Shown in pieces: positions 1-10,165 of a stretch of 64,000 nucleotides of DNA. The notes beneath the pieces are model-generated. The model was not told where the DNA came from. It made no database searches and saw nothing but the letters and a program-made list of their open reading frames with translations. The position numbers were made by a program, and so were the translations under genes. The DNA comes from Candidatus Micrarchaeota archaeon (GTDB lineage: Archaea; Micrarchaeota; Micrarchaeia; Norongarragalinales; Norongarragalinaceae): contig JBBIMI010000001.1 in NCBI GenBank assembly GCA_037444485.1, positions 50,110 to 114,109 of the forward strand, given 5' to 3'. Each line of letters starts with the position of its first letter. The first letter of the stretch is position 1.

Positions 1-351
1 GCGCTTTTCAAGCAGTCTTACAGTCTTGAAACCGTCAGACTGACTTAATGCAGACAATCCGGTTTTTCCAGTTTCTCCCGCTCGCCTTATTAAATCGTGA
101 ACAATCGCGGCAATTCCAGCCAAGTTCGCTAAAGCCTTTACGGAATCAGAATTCAAGCGTTGCTTGCGCGCGTTTTCTTCAGCGACCCGCATTGCTTCTA
201 AAGCAGCTGGATAAACGTGGTCCCGCGCGTGAGCGGGCTCTCGCCCGCCGCTCTTTTCAAGAGTATCGTAGGCTTTGTTGAAGTACGAAAAAACTTTTTT
301 TAAAGCCTTGGTTGTCCGTTTTCTCGCTTCACTCGGGTTTTCAAACACCAT
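1..351 (-). CDS. HD-domain protein, 3' end runs off the window
   Basis: Manual translation from ATG 351, open to base 1: MVFENP...PAHARDHV...LAGIAAIVHDLIR. Has the H..H and AAxxHD pattern. Not in the ORF track. Confidence 0.7.
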   Translation of the reverse strand, partial: MVFENPSEARKRTTKALKKVFSYFNKAYDTLEKSGGREPAHARDHVYPAALEAMRVAEENARKQRLNSDSVKALANLAGIAAIVHDLIRRAGETGKTGLSALSQSDGFKTVRLLEKR

Positions 352-565
352 GAATTAAATTTGAGTAAACTGATTTTATAAACGTTTACGCAATAAACGT
401 TTGCGTATTGGCTCGCATACAGATTATTGTTTTAAACAATTTTTTCAAGAAACAGGAAACAATTTTTTTCAACAATTTTTTTTCAATAAATATTTTTTCA
501 ACAAACAAAGAACAATTATTTTTAAAACAAGAATAATTATTTTCAACAAGTAGTGGGAAAAACGA

Positions 566-1648
566 ATGGCGAACAATTTCGTAAAAATAATTGCGAGCGC
601 GCCGAACAAAATTCATGTTGCTGGCGAGCACAGCGTCGTTTACGGTGGAATAGCTTTAATCGCTCCAGTTGAAGTGGATGAAAAACGCAACGTTGTGGAA
701 TTAATCGCTGAACCCGGCCAGCCTCAGCTAGAGTTTATAGGAAAAGGTTACGGAAAAACCGGGAGGGCAGTACTGCATGCTGACGGGACGATGAACGGGG
801 ACAACGAATGGAAGCCGATGCTTGAAGTAGCGCAACACGTTTTAGAAGACTGCGAAAAAAACTTGAAAGACTTGAATACTAGTATAACCGCTGAACGGTT
901 TTTCAGTGGTGCGCCGAAAGGAACAGGCAATTCAGCTTCAATTCCAGCAGCATTCGCTTCCGCGTTATACGCGTTTTTGGGAAAAAAACCAAGCAAGCAA
1001 GAACTTTACGATGCGGCTTTCATTGCGGACAACGCGTGGCATGGCGGAAAGTCAAGCGGTGGAGACGTGCAAGCAGTAATTTCGAACCATCCACAAAAAT
1101 TCTGGAGAGAATTCACTCGAAAAGGCGTAAAACCACGTTACCAAGACTTTAGTGGAACGCTTCCGAAAAACACTGTTTTAGTGTTAATAGATTCTTTCAG
1201 GGGTGTTGGAGAGAAATCCACTACGGCGCTCCAAATCGAGAAATTCGCTGCAGCTAACGGAATAACTAGAAAACCTTTCGAATTAACTGAACAGGAAAGA
1301 AAAAAAATATGTAAGCCTTACGATGAAGTCATCGAAAAAATAGAAAGCGAAATGCGTTTTGACGGAAACCCTGAAAAACTCGGGGCATACTTCAACGAAA
1401 ACCACGAGTTACTGAAAAAATCAAATGTTTCAAGTCCAGACATTGAAGAAGCTATTTCAGTAAGCAAGCGAAACGGCGCTCTAGGAGCGAAACTAATCGG
1501 CGCCGGAGGCGTTGGGGGGGCAGTCATAGCCCTCTGCATGCGAGAAAAAACGCGTTTAATAACGAATGCGCTTGCGGAAAAAAAATTTAATAGTTGGACG
1601 GTCAAATTCGCTGAAAAAGGAGCTTGCGTGGATTCGATGCAAAAATGA
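566..1648 (+). CDS. mvk: Mevalonate kinase (GHMP kinase)
   Basis: Motifs APNKIHVAGEHSVVYG, PKGTGNSAS, SSGGD and GAKLIGAGGVGG. Confidence 0.8.
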   Translation: MANNFVKIIASAPNKIHVAGEHSVVYGGIALIAPVEVDEKRNVVELIAEPGQPQLEFIGKGYGKTGRAVLHADGTMNGDNEWKPMLEVAQHVLEDCEKNLKDLNTSITAERFFSGAPKGTGNSASIPAAFASALYAFLGKKPSKQELYDAAFIADNAWHGGKSSGGDVQAVISNHPQKFWREFTRKGVKPRYQDFSGTLPKNTVLVLIDSFRGVGEKSTTALQIEKFAAANGITRKPFELTEQERKKICKPYDEVIEKIESEMRFDGNPEKLGAYFNENHELLKKSNVSSPDIEEAISVSKRNGALGAKLIGAGGVGGAVIALCMREKTRLITNALAEKKFNSWTVKFAEKGACVDSMQK

Positions 1649-1696
1649 TATTTTGGATGGAGTCAAGTGATGGGCTCGTATTAAAATAATAGTAAT

Positions 1697-2405
1697 ATGA
1701 AAATGAAAACTTTTGTTATAGGCGTTGACGAAGCGGGCAGATTGCAATAACTCAAGTTATTGCAAGCCAAAAGGACCCGTCATCGGCCCACTAGTAGTCT
1801 GCGCTTTCGCCGCGCCAGAGTCTTCGCTTTCTTCACTCAAGAGCGCGGGTGTCAAGGATTCTAAGTTGCTGACGCCTGAAAAGCGCGAGGCGCTCGCGCG
1901 CGAGTTGCGCGCGTTTCCGCACGCCCTCGCCGTCGTCACCGCGCGGGAAATTACTGAGGAAATGGCGCGCAAGGTTTCATTGAATGAAGTGGAAGCGCGC
2001 TTCATGGCTAGCGTGATTCAAGCAGTCGTAGAGAAAGTTGGTTTCGAGAACGTGGCGCGAATCATGGTTGATTCTCCTGACCCGACTACAGTAAAGTTTA
2101 AAGCGCGGTTGCGCAAGTATTACGACGCTGATTCGAAAGTTCATTGCGAACACAAGGCGGACTTGCGTTATACTGAAGTAGGCGCTGCTTCAATTCTAGC
2201 GAAAGTCTTGCGCGACGCTGAAGTCGCTAAAATCAAGGAGTTGTTCGGTGAAGACTTTGGAACAGGGTATAGTCACGATGCGGCGACGATCGCATTCCTG
2301 AAAAAACACTTGCGTGACCCGCGGCTCACGGAATTCGTGCGGTGGAAGTGGAGCACCGCAAAAAAATTGAGGGTCACGCAGTTAGAGTTAAACAAATTCC
2401 TATAA
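1697..2405 (+). CDS. rnhB: Ribonuclease HII, spliced (exon 1 1697-1740, exon 2 1772-2405; 225 aa)
   Basis: Joined exons read MKMKTFVIGVDEAGR|GPVIGPLVV...KDSKLL...ASILAKVLRD...GTGY, ending in a PIP-like QLELNKFL. The ORF-track version (1725) lacks the catalytic DEAGR. Confidence 0.93.
1741..1771 (+). other. BHB-type intron in rnhB mRNA (31 nt)
   Basis: Perfect 10-bp hairpin TTGCAATAAC/GTTATTGCAA; central helix GGGC/GCCA (3 of 4 pairs); bulges AG|A and AA|A; in-frame TAA at 1748-1750; removal restores the frame. Confidence 0.85.
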
Positions 2406-2460
2406 ACTTTAGGATTCTGTAACTTTAGAATTAAGTGAGTATAAATTTAAGATTAAGCAG

Positions 2461-3177
2461 TTAAGCTGGAATGCTTTCAGCGCTTGCCGTGGTCTGCTCG
2501 CCAGTTGGTTCACCTTCTTCCGCGCCTTCCTTCACGCTGGCAGCAGCTTCCGCGTTCTCCACGCTTTCCGCACTTTCTAGCTGCTGGGCTTCTGTAATGT
2601 CGAATTCTTCGTACAACTCGCTCTTGTAAACCTCGACGCGGCGCAGCGGCATGAATTTCTTGAGCTTGCCGTAAAGCTCTGTTCCCGCCTTGCCCCAAAG
2701 CACTTCTTGAATGAATTTACCGAATTCCTGTCTCGCGGCTTTCTTCTTCAACTCGCTCGCCAACGCGTTGCGTAAAAGCCGTTTTTGCGTTTCGCTGCAA
2801 GGAACGTTCGTGACTATGAGGACTTTGACCGTAAAATCGATTCCGTCACTCGATTTTACTGGCAGGATTACGCGCAACGCTTCCCTGCGCCTGCGCACTA
2901 GAGTGCTCAAGTACTCGCGCGCGATCTCGTGGCCAATGAATTTCGTGAATGCGGTGCGTCCCTTGATTTCGCTGACGCGCAAGCGAATGTTTACGTAAAC
3001 GTGACTCAAGTCATGAGTCACTTCACGCAATGGAAGCGTGATTACGCGGTTCATTAAGTGTTGCTCGTCGCTGGCAGGCACTCGCGCGACTTCCACTTCA
3101 CCCAAGAATTTTGGTGCAATAATCGCGTACCAAGATTTGGTGCGCCAAGTGTCAACCGGTTTTTTGGTTACAACCAA
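2461..3177 (-). CDS. rps3ae: 30S ribosomal protein S3Ae (eS1), acidic C-terminal tail
   Basis: DTWRTKSWYAIIAP...PLRRVEVYK. Confidence 0.95.
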   Translation of the reverse strand: MVVTKKPVDTWRTKSWYAIIAPKFLGEVEVARVPASDEQHLMNRVITLPLREVTHDLSHVYVNIRLRVSEIKGRTAFTKFIGHEIAREYLSTLVRRRREALRVILPVKSSDGIDFTVKVLIVTNVPCSETQKRLLRNALASELKKKAARQEFGKFIQEVLWGKAGTELYGKLKKFMPLRRVEVYKSELYEEFDITEAQQLESAESVENAEAAASVKEGAEEGEPTGEQTTASAESIPA

Positions 3178-3196
3178 ATAAAAACACCTTCAACCT

Positions 3197-3649
3197 TCAC
3201 TTGACTAATAGAGCTGCTTCCTCTGGAACGTAACTCCAGTCAGCTGGAATCTTTTTGCCGCGGTAATAACGCACAAGCCGCCTGATTTTTGACTCGACGT
3301 GCGCGAGCTTCACCTTATTCTGCACGTCGCGCGGGTTTTGCTTCAAGTGCTTACGCAAGCCAACCGCGGCGCGAATCAAGTCCATCAAGTCGCTAGGGTA
3401 CTTCGGCCCAAGGTTTTTTTCCTTCAAAAAAGCGCTGATGCTTTGTCCTAAAACAAGCTTCGCGTTCGGCACACCGTACTGGTCGCGCAACACTACTCCA
3501 ATTCTCGCTTCAGTCTCGCCCTCGCGCGCAAGTTTTTCAATAACTGTTTCCACTTCTTTTTTTGAAGCCCGAATCCAGCCTACACTCCGCTTGCCGACTG
3601 GCTTGTGTGAGCTCGACTTTCCCTTCTTCCGCGTATGCAACCTAGCCAA
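3197..3649 (-). CDS. rps15: 30S ribosomal protein S15 (uS15)
   Basis: MARLHTRKKGKSSS...ESKIRRLVRYY. Confidence 0.97.
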   Translation of the reverse strand: MARLHTRKKGKSSSHKPVGKRSVGWIRASKKEVETVIEKLAREGETEARIGVVLRDQYGVPNAKLVLGQSISAFLKEKNLGPKYPSDLMDLIRAAVGLRKHLKQNPRDVQNKVKLAHVESKIRRLVRYYRGKKIPADWSYVPEEAALLVK

Positions 3650-3766
3650 ATAAACAACTCCTTAAACAAAGAATCGAATTTGTTTTCAAAAGAAAAGAAT
3701 TCGACGTTTTCCACTTCACTAAAAATTTTGCGGGAACGACTATAAAAACCTTTTATTCGAAACCTT

Positions 3767-6145
3767 TTATTCGAACACTTTCACAGAAAACTCTTTCTCG
3801 CTGCGCTTTACTTCGACAACCCTTGCCTTCGCAATAACCTTGATTTCGTCAACAACGTCAGCCAACAAACGCGCTTCCTCTATTCCGACGCCGACTTCAA
3901 CGCACTCTACAGGTGCATTCAACGCGAGTCCCTTCGCTGCCTTGAACTTGCGCGTTTCACTCAACACTAAATGCATCAAGTCCACTGTTTTTTTAACGCT
4001 CGCGTCGCAAACTCGTTTCGGTTCAGGCCACCCCTGTACATGCAGACTCTCGCCGCGCTTTGCGAACAACTGCGAATAAATTTCTTCAGTAGTGTAAGGT
4101 GCGAAAGGCGCGAGCAGCTTGAGAGTAGTTTCAAGAACTTCACGTAATGCGTGCTGTGCGCCGCGTTTTGACTCTGCGTCAGCGCCGTAAATCCTGTGCT
4201 TGACGTCTTCCAAGTAGTAATCGCAGAACGAGTGCCAAAAGAACGACTGCACTGCAGTAATCGCGGCATAGTAATCGAATTCCTCCATTGCTTTAGTCGC
4301 GATGCGAATAGTCTCGCTTAACTCGCCGAGAATCCACTTGTCAACGATGCTTTCTTTCGCTTTCGCACTCGCGTCAAAGCCTTCTAGAGCCTTTTCCACG
4401 AATTTGGAGGCGTTCCATAACTTCGTCAAAAAAGATTGCGCGAAATCAATGTCCTTCCAACTAAACACGACGTCTTTTCCAGTGCGTCCACTTAAGGCAG
4501 TCCACTGGCGTAACGCATCAACGCTAGCGCGTTTTATTACGTCCTTCGCTTCAACGTAATTGCCGAGCGACTTACTCATTTTCTTGCCGTCAACACCTAA
4601 AACCATTCCATTCACGAGCACTGTCCCGAAAGCAGGTTTGCCTGTAAGCGCCAAGCAACGGTAAATAGTGTAAAACGCCCAAGTGCGAATAATGTCGGTT
4701 CCCTGCGGCCGAAGCGAAACCGGAAAAAAACGCTTGAACTTCTCCTCGTCACGCGTCCAGCCTGAAATCACGAGCGGGGTGACGCTCGAGTCAACCCAAC
4801 CGTCGCAAACGCTTTCCTCGCCGGCAAGCGAACCGCCGCAAGAACACTTCGCGCGAGGCGGCGCGTCAACAGTCGGGTCTACCGGCAACGCGTTTTCTTT
4901 TTGCGCAAATACTTTGCCGCATTTTACGCAATACCAAAAAGGAATCGGAATGCCGAAAGCCCTCTGGCGCGAAATGCACCAATCCCATTCGAGTGCGTCA
5001 ACCCAATCCAGCAATAACTGCCGCGAGTGTTCGGGAATCCAACGCATTTCCCCGCTCGCTTTTTTTACTTCTTGTTTGAAGTTGGATAACTTGGCAAACC
5101 ACTGCGTGGACTCGATGAACTCGACTGCGTGCTTGCAGCGGTCGTGAATCTTTACAGTCTGCTTTAAAGCCTCTGTTTTTTTCAACAAACCTTTTTCTGC
5201 AAGCTTGCCAACGATTTTCTCGCGCGCTTGAACAACAGTCAATCCGTCTAGCTCGCCTGCGTTCGCGAGTTCACCCCGCTCGTTCATCGCCTTTATTATA
5301 GGCAGCTTGTGACGGTAAGCCCAGACAACGTCAGTCTTGTCTCCGAAAGTGCACACCATCACGGCGCCTGTTCCGAAATTCGGGTCCACGTCAGAATCCG
5401 CCAAGATTTTTACAGTTTTTCCAAACAAAGGCGTAGTCAACGTTTTTCCAACGAATTGCTTGAAACGCTCGTCGCCGGGGTTGACGAGAACCGCAACGCA
5501 AGCGTGCAGCAATTCTGGGCGCGTGGTCGCGATCTGGAACGCTTTTCCATCGACAGTCTTGAAGTCGATAAAGTAAAGCACTGAATCCCGCTCTATTTCC
5601 TCAGTCTCCGCCTTCGCAATCGCGCTTGCGCACTTCGTACACCACAAGACCGGGTGCCTAGCGCGGTAAACCAGTTTTTTTTCGAACATCTTTAATAAAG
5701 AGTATTGAACTAGTTTCTTGTACTCGGCGCTCGTCGTGAAGTACTCTGACCGCCAGTCGATGCTGAAACCCATCAACTTCATCTGCGGCCGAATTGAAGC
5801 GATGTTAGCGTTCGTCCACTCTAGACACTTTTCGCGAAACTCTTTCTTCGGCAAACGCCCGTACTTCGCTTCAACCTTCACTTCAGTAGGAAAACCGTGG
5901 CAATCCCAACCCTGCGGAAAGAAAACATTGAAGCCCCGCATGCGCTTGAAGCGCGCTGCGAAATCGATGTAACACCAGTTTAACACGCTGCCTGTATGGA
6001 ACTCGCCGGTTGGGAAAGGCGGGGGAGTGTCTATCACGAAAACAGGTTTTTTCGAATCAAAGTAATCGAACTCGTGAATCTTTTTTTCCTCCCAAACCTT
6101 CAACCATTTTTCTTGAATTTTTTCGTGAACGAGTTTATCAAGCAC
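3767..6145 (-). CDS. valS: Valine--tRNA ligase
   Basis: IDTPPP, HIGH variant HTGS, TTRPEL, DWCISRQ, KMSKS. Confidence 0.95.
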   Translation of the reverse strand: MLDKLVHEKIQEKWLKVWEEKKIHEFDYFDSKKPVFVIDTPPPFPTGEFHTGSVLNWCYIDFAARFKRMRGFNVFFPQGWDCHGFPTEVKVEAKYGRLPKKEFREKCLEWTNANIASIRPQMKLMGFSIDWRSEYFTTSAEYKKLVQYSLLKMFEKKLVYRARHPVLWCTKCASAIAKAETEEIERDSVLYFIDFKTVDGKAFQIATTRPELLHACVAVLVNPGDERFKQFVGKTLTTPLFGKTVKILADSDVDPNFGTGAVMVCTFGDKTDVVWAYRHKLPIIKAMNERGELANAGELDGLTVVQAREKIVGKLAEKGLLKKTEALKQTVKIHDRCKHAVEFIESTQWFAKLSNFKQEVKKASGEMRWIPEHSRQLLLDWVDALEWDWCISRQRAFGIPIPFWYCVKCGKVFAQKENALPVDPTVDAPPRAKCSCGGSLAGEESVCDGWVDSSVTPLVISGWTRDEEKFKRFFPVSLRPQGTDIIRTWAFYTIYRCLALTGKPAFGTVLVNGMVLGVDGKKMSKSLGNYVEAKDVIKRASVDALRQWTALSGRTGKDVVFSWKDIDFAQSFLTKLWNASKFVEKALEGFDASAKAKESIVDKWILGELSETIRIATKAMEEFDYYAAITAVQSFFWHSFCDYYLEDVKHRIYGADAESKRGAQHALREVLETTLKLLAPFAPYTTEEIYSQLFAKRGESLHVQGWPEPKRVCDASVKKTVDLMHLVLSETRKFKAAKGLALNAPVECVEVGVGIEEARLLADVVDEIKVIAKARVVEVKRSEKEFSVKVFE

Positions 6146-6236
6146 TTCAATCCACTCGAACGCTCCGAGAAAAAAACAAAAAACGGCGACTAGAAAACGC
6201 AGAAATGGGAGAACTGCTGCGTGGTTGACGTTTTTC

Positions 6237-6407
6237 CTACTTCTTTTTGAAGCGCGCGGTCCACTTCAAGCGCGACGGATTGCGTTTCAACGCCGCGTTC
6301 TTCTCGCACTTTCTTGAACAGTAACGCACTGCAGACCCGTCTTTCTTGAACAACGTGACTCCGAAACCTGCTTGAATCTCTTTCCCGCAAAAACTACATG
6401 ACGCCAT
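6237..6407 (-). CDS. rpl24e: 50S ribosomal protein L24e
   Basis: Manual translation MASCSFCGKEIQAGFGVTLFKKDGSAVRYCSRKCEKNAALKRNPSRLKWT; follows L7Ae and S28e as usual. Confidence 0.95.
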   Translation of the reverse strand: MASCSFCGKEIQAGFGVTLFKKDGSAVRYCSRKCEKNAALKRNPSRLKWTARFKKK

Positions 6408-6506
6408 TAACCTTTCAACCTTTTCCGTTCTTCAACCCTTTCCGCTCGCTAGCTCCAGCTTGCTAACTCTATTCGCTAGCGCTCACTAGCTCCAGTTTGC
6501 AGTCCT

Positions 6507-6866
6507 TCATTTTTTTTCTTGCTTTTTCTGCTTCAACGGACGCGCTTCCCGCTCCGTCTCTAACAACATCAACACGTCTCCCTTTTTTACAGGTCCTTTA
6601 AGGTTCCTGCGAATAACGCGGCCCTTGTCGCGGCCTTCAAGCACTTTAACCATCACTTGCTTGACTTCACCGAAAACGCCTGTCCTGCCAATGATTTCGA
6701 CGACTTGCGCCGGAAAACCTTCAAACGCGCCGGCTGCAGCCTGTTGCGCTTGACGTGGTTCGAATGTTTTCTTACCCTCGTTTTTCGAAGCACGCTCTAA
6801 AGCTTCCTTCTCCGCTTTTTTCTCGATGCTCTTTATTTTAGTCTTGCCGCCCAACTGCAAAACCAC
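6507..6866 (-). CDS. rps28e: 30S ribosomal protein S28e with N-terminal extension
   Basis: [12 protein letters not shown]...[27 protein letters not shown]; start uncertain. Confidence 0.92.
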   Translation of the reverse strand: MVLQLGGKTKIKSIEKKAEKEALERASKNEGKKTFEPRQAQQAAAGAFEGFPAQVVEIIGRTGVFGEVKQVMVKVLEGRDKGRVIRRNLKGPVKKGDVLMLLETEREARPLKQKKQEKK

Positions 6867-6968
6867 CTAAATCCAAAAAATTTTCAAAAAGATTTTCAAA
6901 AAAAACGATAAAACGATAAAACGAACGATAAAAATTATTCCTAAAAAATTTTCCTAAAAAACAAAAAA

Positions 6969-7463
6969 TTAAGCTACTTCTTTTTCTTCAACTTTTTCTT
7001 CCTTAACTTTTTCTTCTTTCGCTTTCTTCGCTGCTGGCTTCACTGTTTTTTTCGCTTCCTTTTTTTCCGCGCCAGCAGCGCCTGCGCTTGCGCTTGCAGT
7101 AGCTTCTTTCGGTAGTTCTGAAATTATTTCCTTGACTAGCGCTTCAGCGTTGCCTAGCTTCGTGATAGCGATTGCAGCTGTTGGAACGCTTAAGCCAGCC
7201 GCCTTGCCGAGGCTCGCTTTCTCGGGAGTGAAAGCGTAAGGCACGCGTTTCTCGACGCAAAGCATCGGCAAGTGCATGACTATTTCCTCCGGGTCGACGT
7301 CTTCAGCGATTACGACGAACTTCGCGTCCCCGCGTTCTATTGCCTTCGTAGCTTCGTTAGTGCCTTTGCGCACTTTACCAGTGTTTCTCGCTTCCTCTAC
7401 AGCCTCGAGAATCTTGTTTTTCAAGCTCGCTGGAGTCTGAAAATTTACGTAAGACTTTGCCAT
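6969..7463 (-). CDS. rpl7ae: 50S ribosomal protein L7Ae with Ala/Lys/Glu tail
   Basis: [17 protein letters not shown]...[21 protein letters not shown] upstream of ATG 7463. Confidence 0.96.
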   Translation of the reverse strand: MAKSYVNFQTPASLKNKILEAVEEARNTGKVRKGTNEATKAIERGDAKFVVIAEDVDPEEIVMHLPMLCVEKRVPYAFTPEKASLGKAAGLSVPTAAIAITKLGNAEALVKEIISELPKEATASASAGAAGAEKKEAKKTVKPAAKKAKEEKVKEEKVEEKEVA

Positions 7464-7667
7464 TCTCATCACCTCGACGCATTGAAAACGCGTTCACTGA
7501 TTCGAAGCAAAACCGAATACGAAAAAAAGTAGTTTTGCGACAAGATTTTTGTGTGAGAACCAATTTAAATACGTTTTGCATTAATAGAAAAAAAATAAGA
7601 TGAGAAAACGGAAAAGAAGATGAAAAAAAATAAAAAAAATTTTCTGTTCGGGGGGAGTGCATTTAAG

Positions 7668-8666
7668 TTGAAAAAAAAGTTTTCGGTTTTAATCGTTTTC
7701 TCGATTGCTGGAATAATCTTGTTTGGCTGCGTTTCGCAACCGCAAGCACCTGCTAGTGCTGGCGCTGCAAACGAACGACTAGAAGCAAGCGTTGCAAAAA
7801 TCGAGAATAGAATCAGTGCTTTAGAAAGCCGGTTGTCGATGCTCGAAAACGCTTTCGCTAAAAAATTGCTTGAACTCGGCGTTCCTCTGCGTTTTTACTA
7901 TGACTCGAGCTGCGCGTTCTGCGCGAATGCTGATTACGTTAGCATGGCTGCTGGCTTGATAGACAGGCTTAAAGACCAAGGAATCCAGCTTGAAATCATT
8001 GACGTGAAAGGAAACTTCACGCAGCCCAACGCCCTTGGACTCAAACGCTTGCCTGCGTTTTACGCACCTGCATTCGCGCTTGCGAAAAGCAAGGAGTTAA
8101 GCGAGTTTTTCAAGACTCTTGAAGAAAACCGTTTTACGATAATCAACGCGGTGAACGGCTTGGCTGCGTTGACTAACGACGCAAGCGAACTCGTTGGCGG
8201 CGATTGCAACCTCGGCGATGGAAAAGTGCGGTTACGCGAATTCTATTCAGAAACATGCGCGTTTTGCGTGCGCATGAACTACGCTAACGGCACAGAATAC
8301 AATCCGAAAAACAATCCGCGTTACGCTAGCGTTTCCAGCGAAGCGGTTGAAGAAGTCAACAAGGCGCTTGGAGATAAAATAATTTACGAAAAATTCTGTA
8401 TTCTACTGCATACCGCGCCGGACAACCTGCGACTCATCGGCGTAAACAAAAGCGATGACGAACTTTGCGCCGCGAAGTACTCGCGCGAGGAACTCGATAA
8501 AGCGAATTCGCTTGCAAGCGATTACGCAATTCAAAGCGCGCCGTTCTTCGTGGTAGACTGCAAGTACGTCTTCAACGCTGTGACTGCAGACAAACTCAAG
8601 AAAAACATTTGCGCGGTACGCCCCGACATCTGCAGCAGCGTCAACAACACGAATTCGAGTAGTTGA
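7668..8666 (+). CDS. Secreted lipoprotein with two thioredoxin-like CxxC domains
   Basis: Signal peptide with lipobox LFGC, short coiled coil, SSCAFC and ETCAFC, C-terminal SAPFFVVDC. Confidence 0.65.
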   Translation: MKKKFSVLIVFSIAGIILFGCVSQPQAPASAGAANERLEASVAKIENRISALESRLSMLENAFAKKLLELGVPLRFYYDSSCAFCANADYVSMAAGLIDRLKDQGIQLEIIDVKGNFTQPNALGLKRLPAFYAPAFALAKSKELSEFFKTLEENRFTIINAVNGLAALTNDASELVGGDCNLGDGKVRLREFYSETCAFCVRMNYANGTEYNPKNNPRYASVSSEAVEEVNKALGDKIIYEKFCILLHTAPDNLRLIGVNKSDDELCAAKYSREELDKANSLASDYAIQSAPFFVVDCKYVFNAVTADKLKKNICAVRPDICSSVNNTNSSS

Positions 8667-8677
8667 GAGTTAACCGC

Positions 8678-9979
8678 TTAAAAGTTAACCCTCAATTCGG
8701 CAAGCAATTCACGCGCTCGGTCCACGCTTATTTTTTTCTCTTCAACCATCTTCCGCGCTATAACGTCAATCAACTCGCCTTTAGCGCCCGCCAAAACCGC
8801 GATGTTCTTCGCGTGCAGTTTCATGTGCCCCGCTTGAATTCCTTCGGTAGCAAGCGCGCGAAGCGCAGCGAAATTTTGAGCCAAGCCCACCGCTGCCATA
8901 ACCTCGCCTAATTCGCGTGCAGTCTTCACGCCGAGAAGCTTTACGCAAACGCGCGCCACCGGATGCGTTTTCGTCGCGCCGCCGACTAAGCCGAGCGCGA
9001 CAGGCAGAGTTATTTCTCCGATTAAGTCCCCTTTCTCGTTCTTGTAGTACTTCGTCAAAGGCGAGTATTTGCCTGAAAGCGCTGCGAAAGCGTGCGCGCC
9101 TGCCTCGAGCGCGCGCCAATCGTTTCCAGTGGCAATCGCTACAGCGTCAACGCCATTCATTATTCCCTTGTTGTGCGTGCAAGCGCGGTATTCGTCGCTT
9201 GCCGCGAACGCGTAAGCGTCGAGAATGCGTTCGATTGTTTCCTCTCCGCCGCAAACTCCTTCGACAGCGAGCTCGCTTTTAGGAAAAACAGCTTTAGCGT
9301 GAGCAGTGCGGTTGACTGCGAGGTTTGAAATGATGCGCAAGCGCGCGCTCGCTCTAGTAAGCTCTTCCAATTTAGGGGCAAGCGCTTCACTCATCGTGTT
9401 CACCGTATTCGCGCCCATCGCGTCCCGCACGTCGACAAGCAAGTGCACTGCAAGCATTTTGCCGCGCGGCGAATCGACGACGCGCGATTCAATCCCTCGC
9501 GCGCCTCCACCGTGTTCTACAAGAGTTTTGTCTAGAGTGTTGACGAAAGCAATCAGTTTTTGTTCCTGTTCTTTAATAATCTTGATTGCGTTAGCCCAAT
9601 CGTTTTCATTAAAACGCGGATTAACGAGCTGAATCTGTCCAATCATCACGGGCTCAGTCGAAGTAGTAGTGAAACCGCTTGCAGCCCGCGCGATTTTCGC
9701 GGCTTTGCTTGCAGCAGCGACCACGCTTGGTTCTTCGATTGCGAAAGGAATAAAGTAATCTCGGCCGTTGATTTTAAAGTTTGTAGCGATTCCGATCGGC
9801 AGTTGCGTTGTTCCAACAACGTTTTCAATCATTCTATTCGCTGTTTCCGCGCCCAGCCCACCGTAATGGCTTAAAATCGTCGCTTCTTCTTGAGTTAACC
9901 CAGCAAAGTTTCGCACGAATTCGAGGCGTTCGGCAGCGGAAAGCTTGTAAAACTCTTTCACTTCAGAAGATTTTTCCAT
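8678..9979 (-). CDS. mvaA: HMG-CoA reductase, class II type
   Basis: MIENVVG, EEPSVVAA, DAMGAN, THNKGIMNG, GIQAGHMKLH. Confidence 0.93.
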   Translation of the reverse strand: MEKSSEVKEFYKLSAAERLEFVRNFAGLTQEEATILSHYGGLGAETANRMIENVVGTTQLPIGIATNFKINGRDYFIPFAIEEPSVVAAASKAAKIARAASGFTTTSTEPVMIGQIQLVNPRFNENDWANAIKIIKEQEQKLIAFVNTLDKTLVEHGGGARGIESRVVDSPRGKMLAVHLLVDVRDAMGANTVNTMSEALAPKLEELTRASARLRIISNLAVNRTAHAKAVFPKSELAVEGVCGGEETIERILDAYAFAASDEYRACTHNKGIMNGVDAVAIATGNDWRALEAGAHAFAALSGKYSPLTKYYKNEKGDLIGEITLPVALGLVGGATKTHPVARVCVKLLGVKTARELGEVMAAVGLAQNFAALRALATEGIQAGHMKLHAKNIAVLAGAKGELIDVIARKMVEEKKISVDRARELLAELRVNF

Positions 9980-10165
9980 GACCCCACCAAAAAAAATTAT
10001 TTCTCCAACGAATTAAAAACCCCTCTAAAACCCTTCTCTGCTTCGGCAATCAACGATTTTCCTAGAGTTTAGAACGATTTAAAAAAAACAACTCGCAATA
10101 AAAAACTGGTAAAAACTAGTTGACTGATTAACGAAACGCTTAACAATCGCTCGAGGTAGTCGCGA

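Noticed and set aside
1725..1771. ORF-track N-terminus of RNase HII (MTKRADCNNSSYCKPK)
   Set aside because: It reads through the intron in the wrong frame and lacks the catalytic DEAGR, which is encoded upstream from ATG 1697/1703.
6190..6390. 66-aa ORF from the track
   Set aside because: Wrong frame; rpl24e (6237-6407) occupies this interval.
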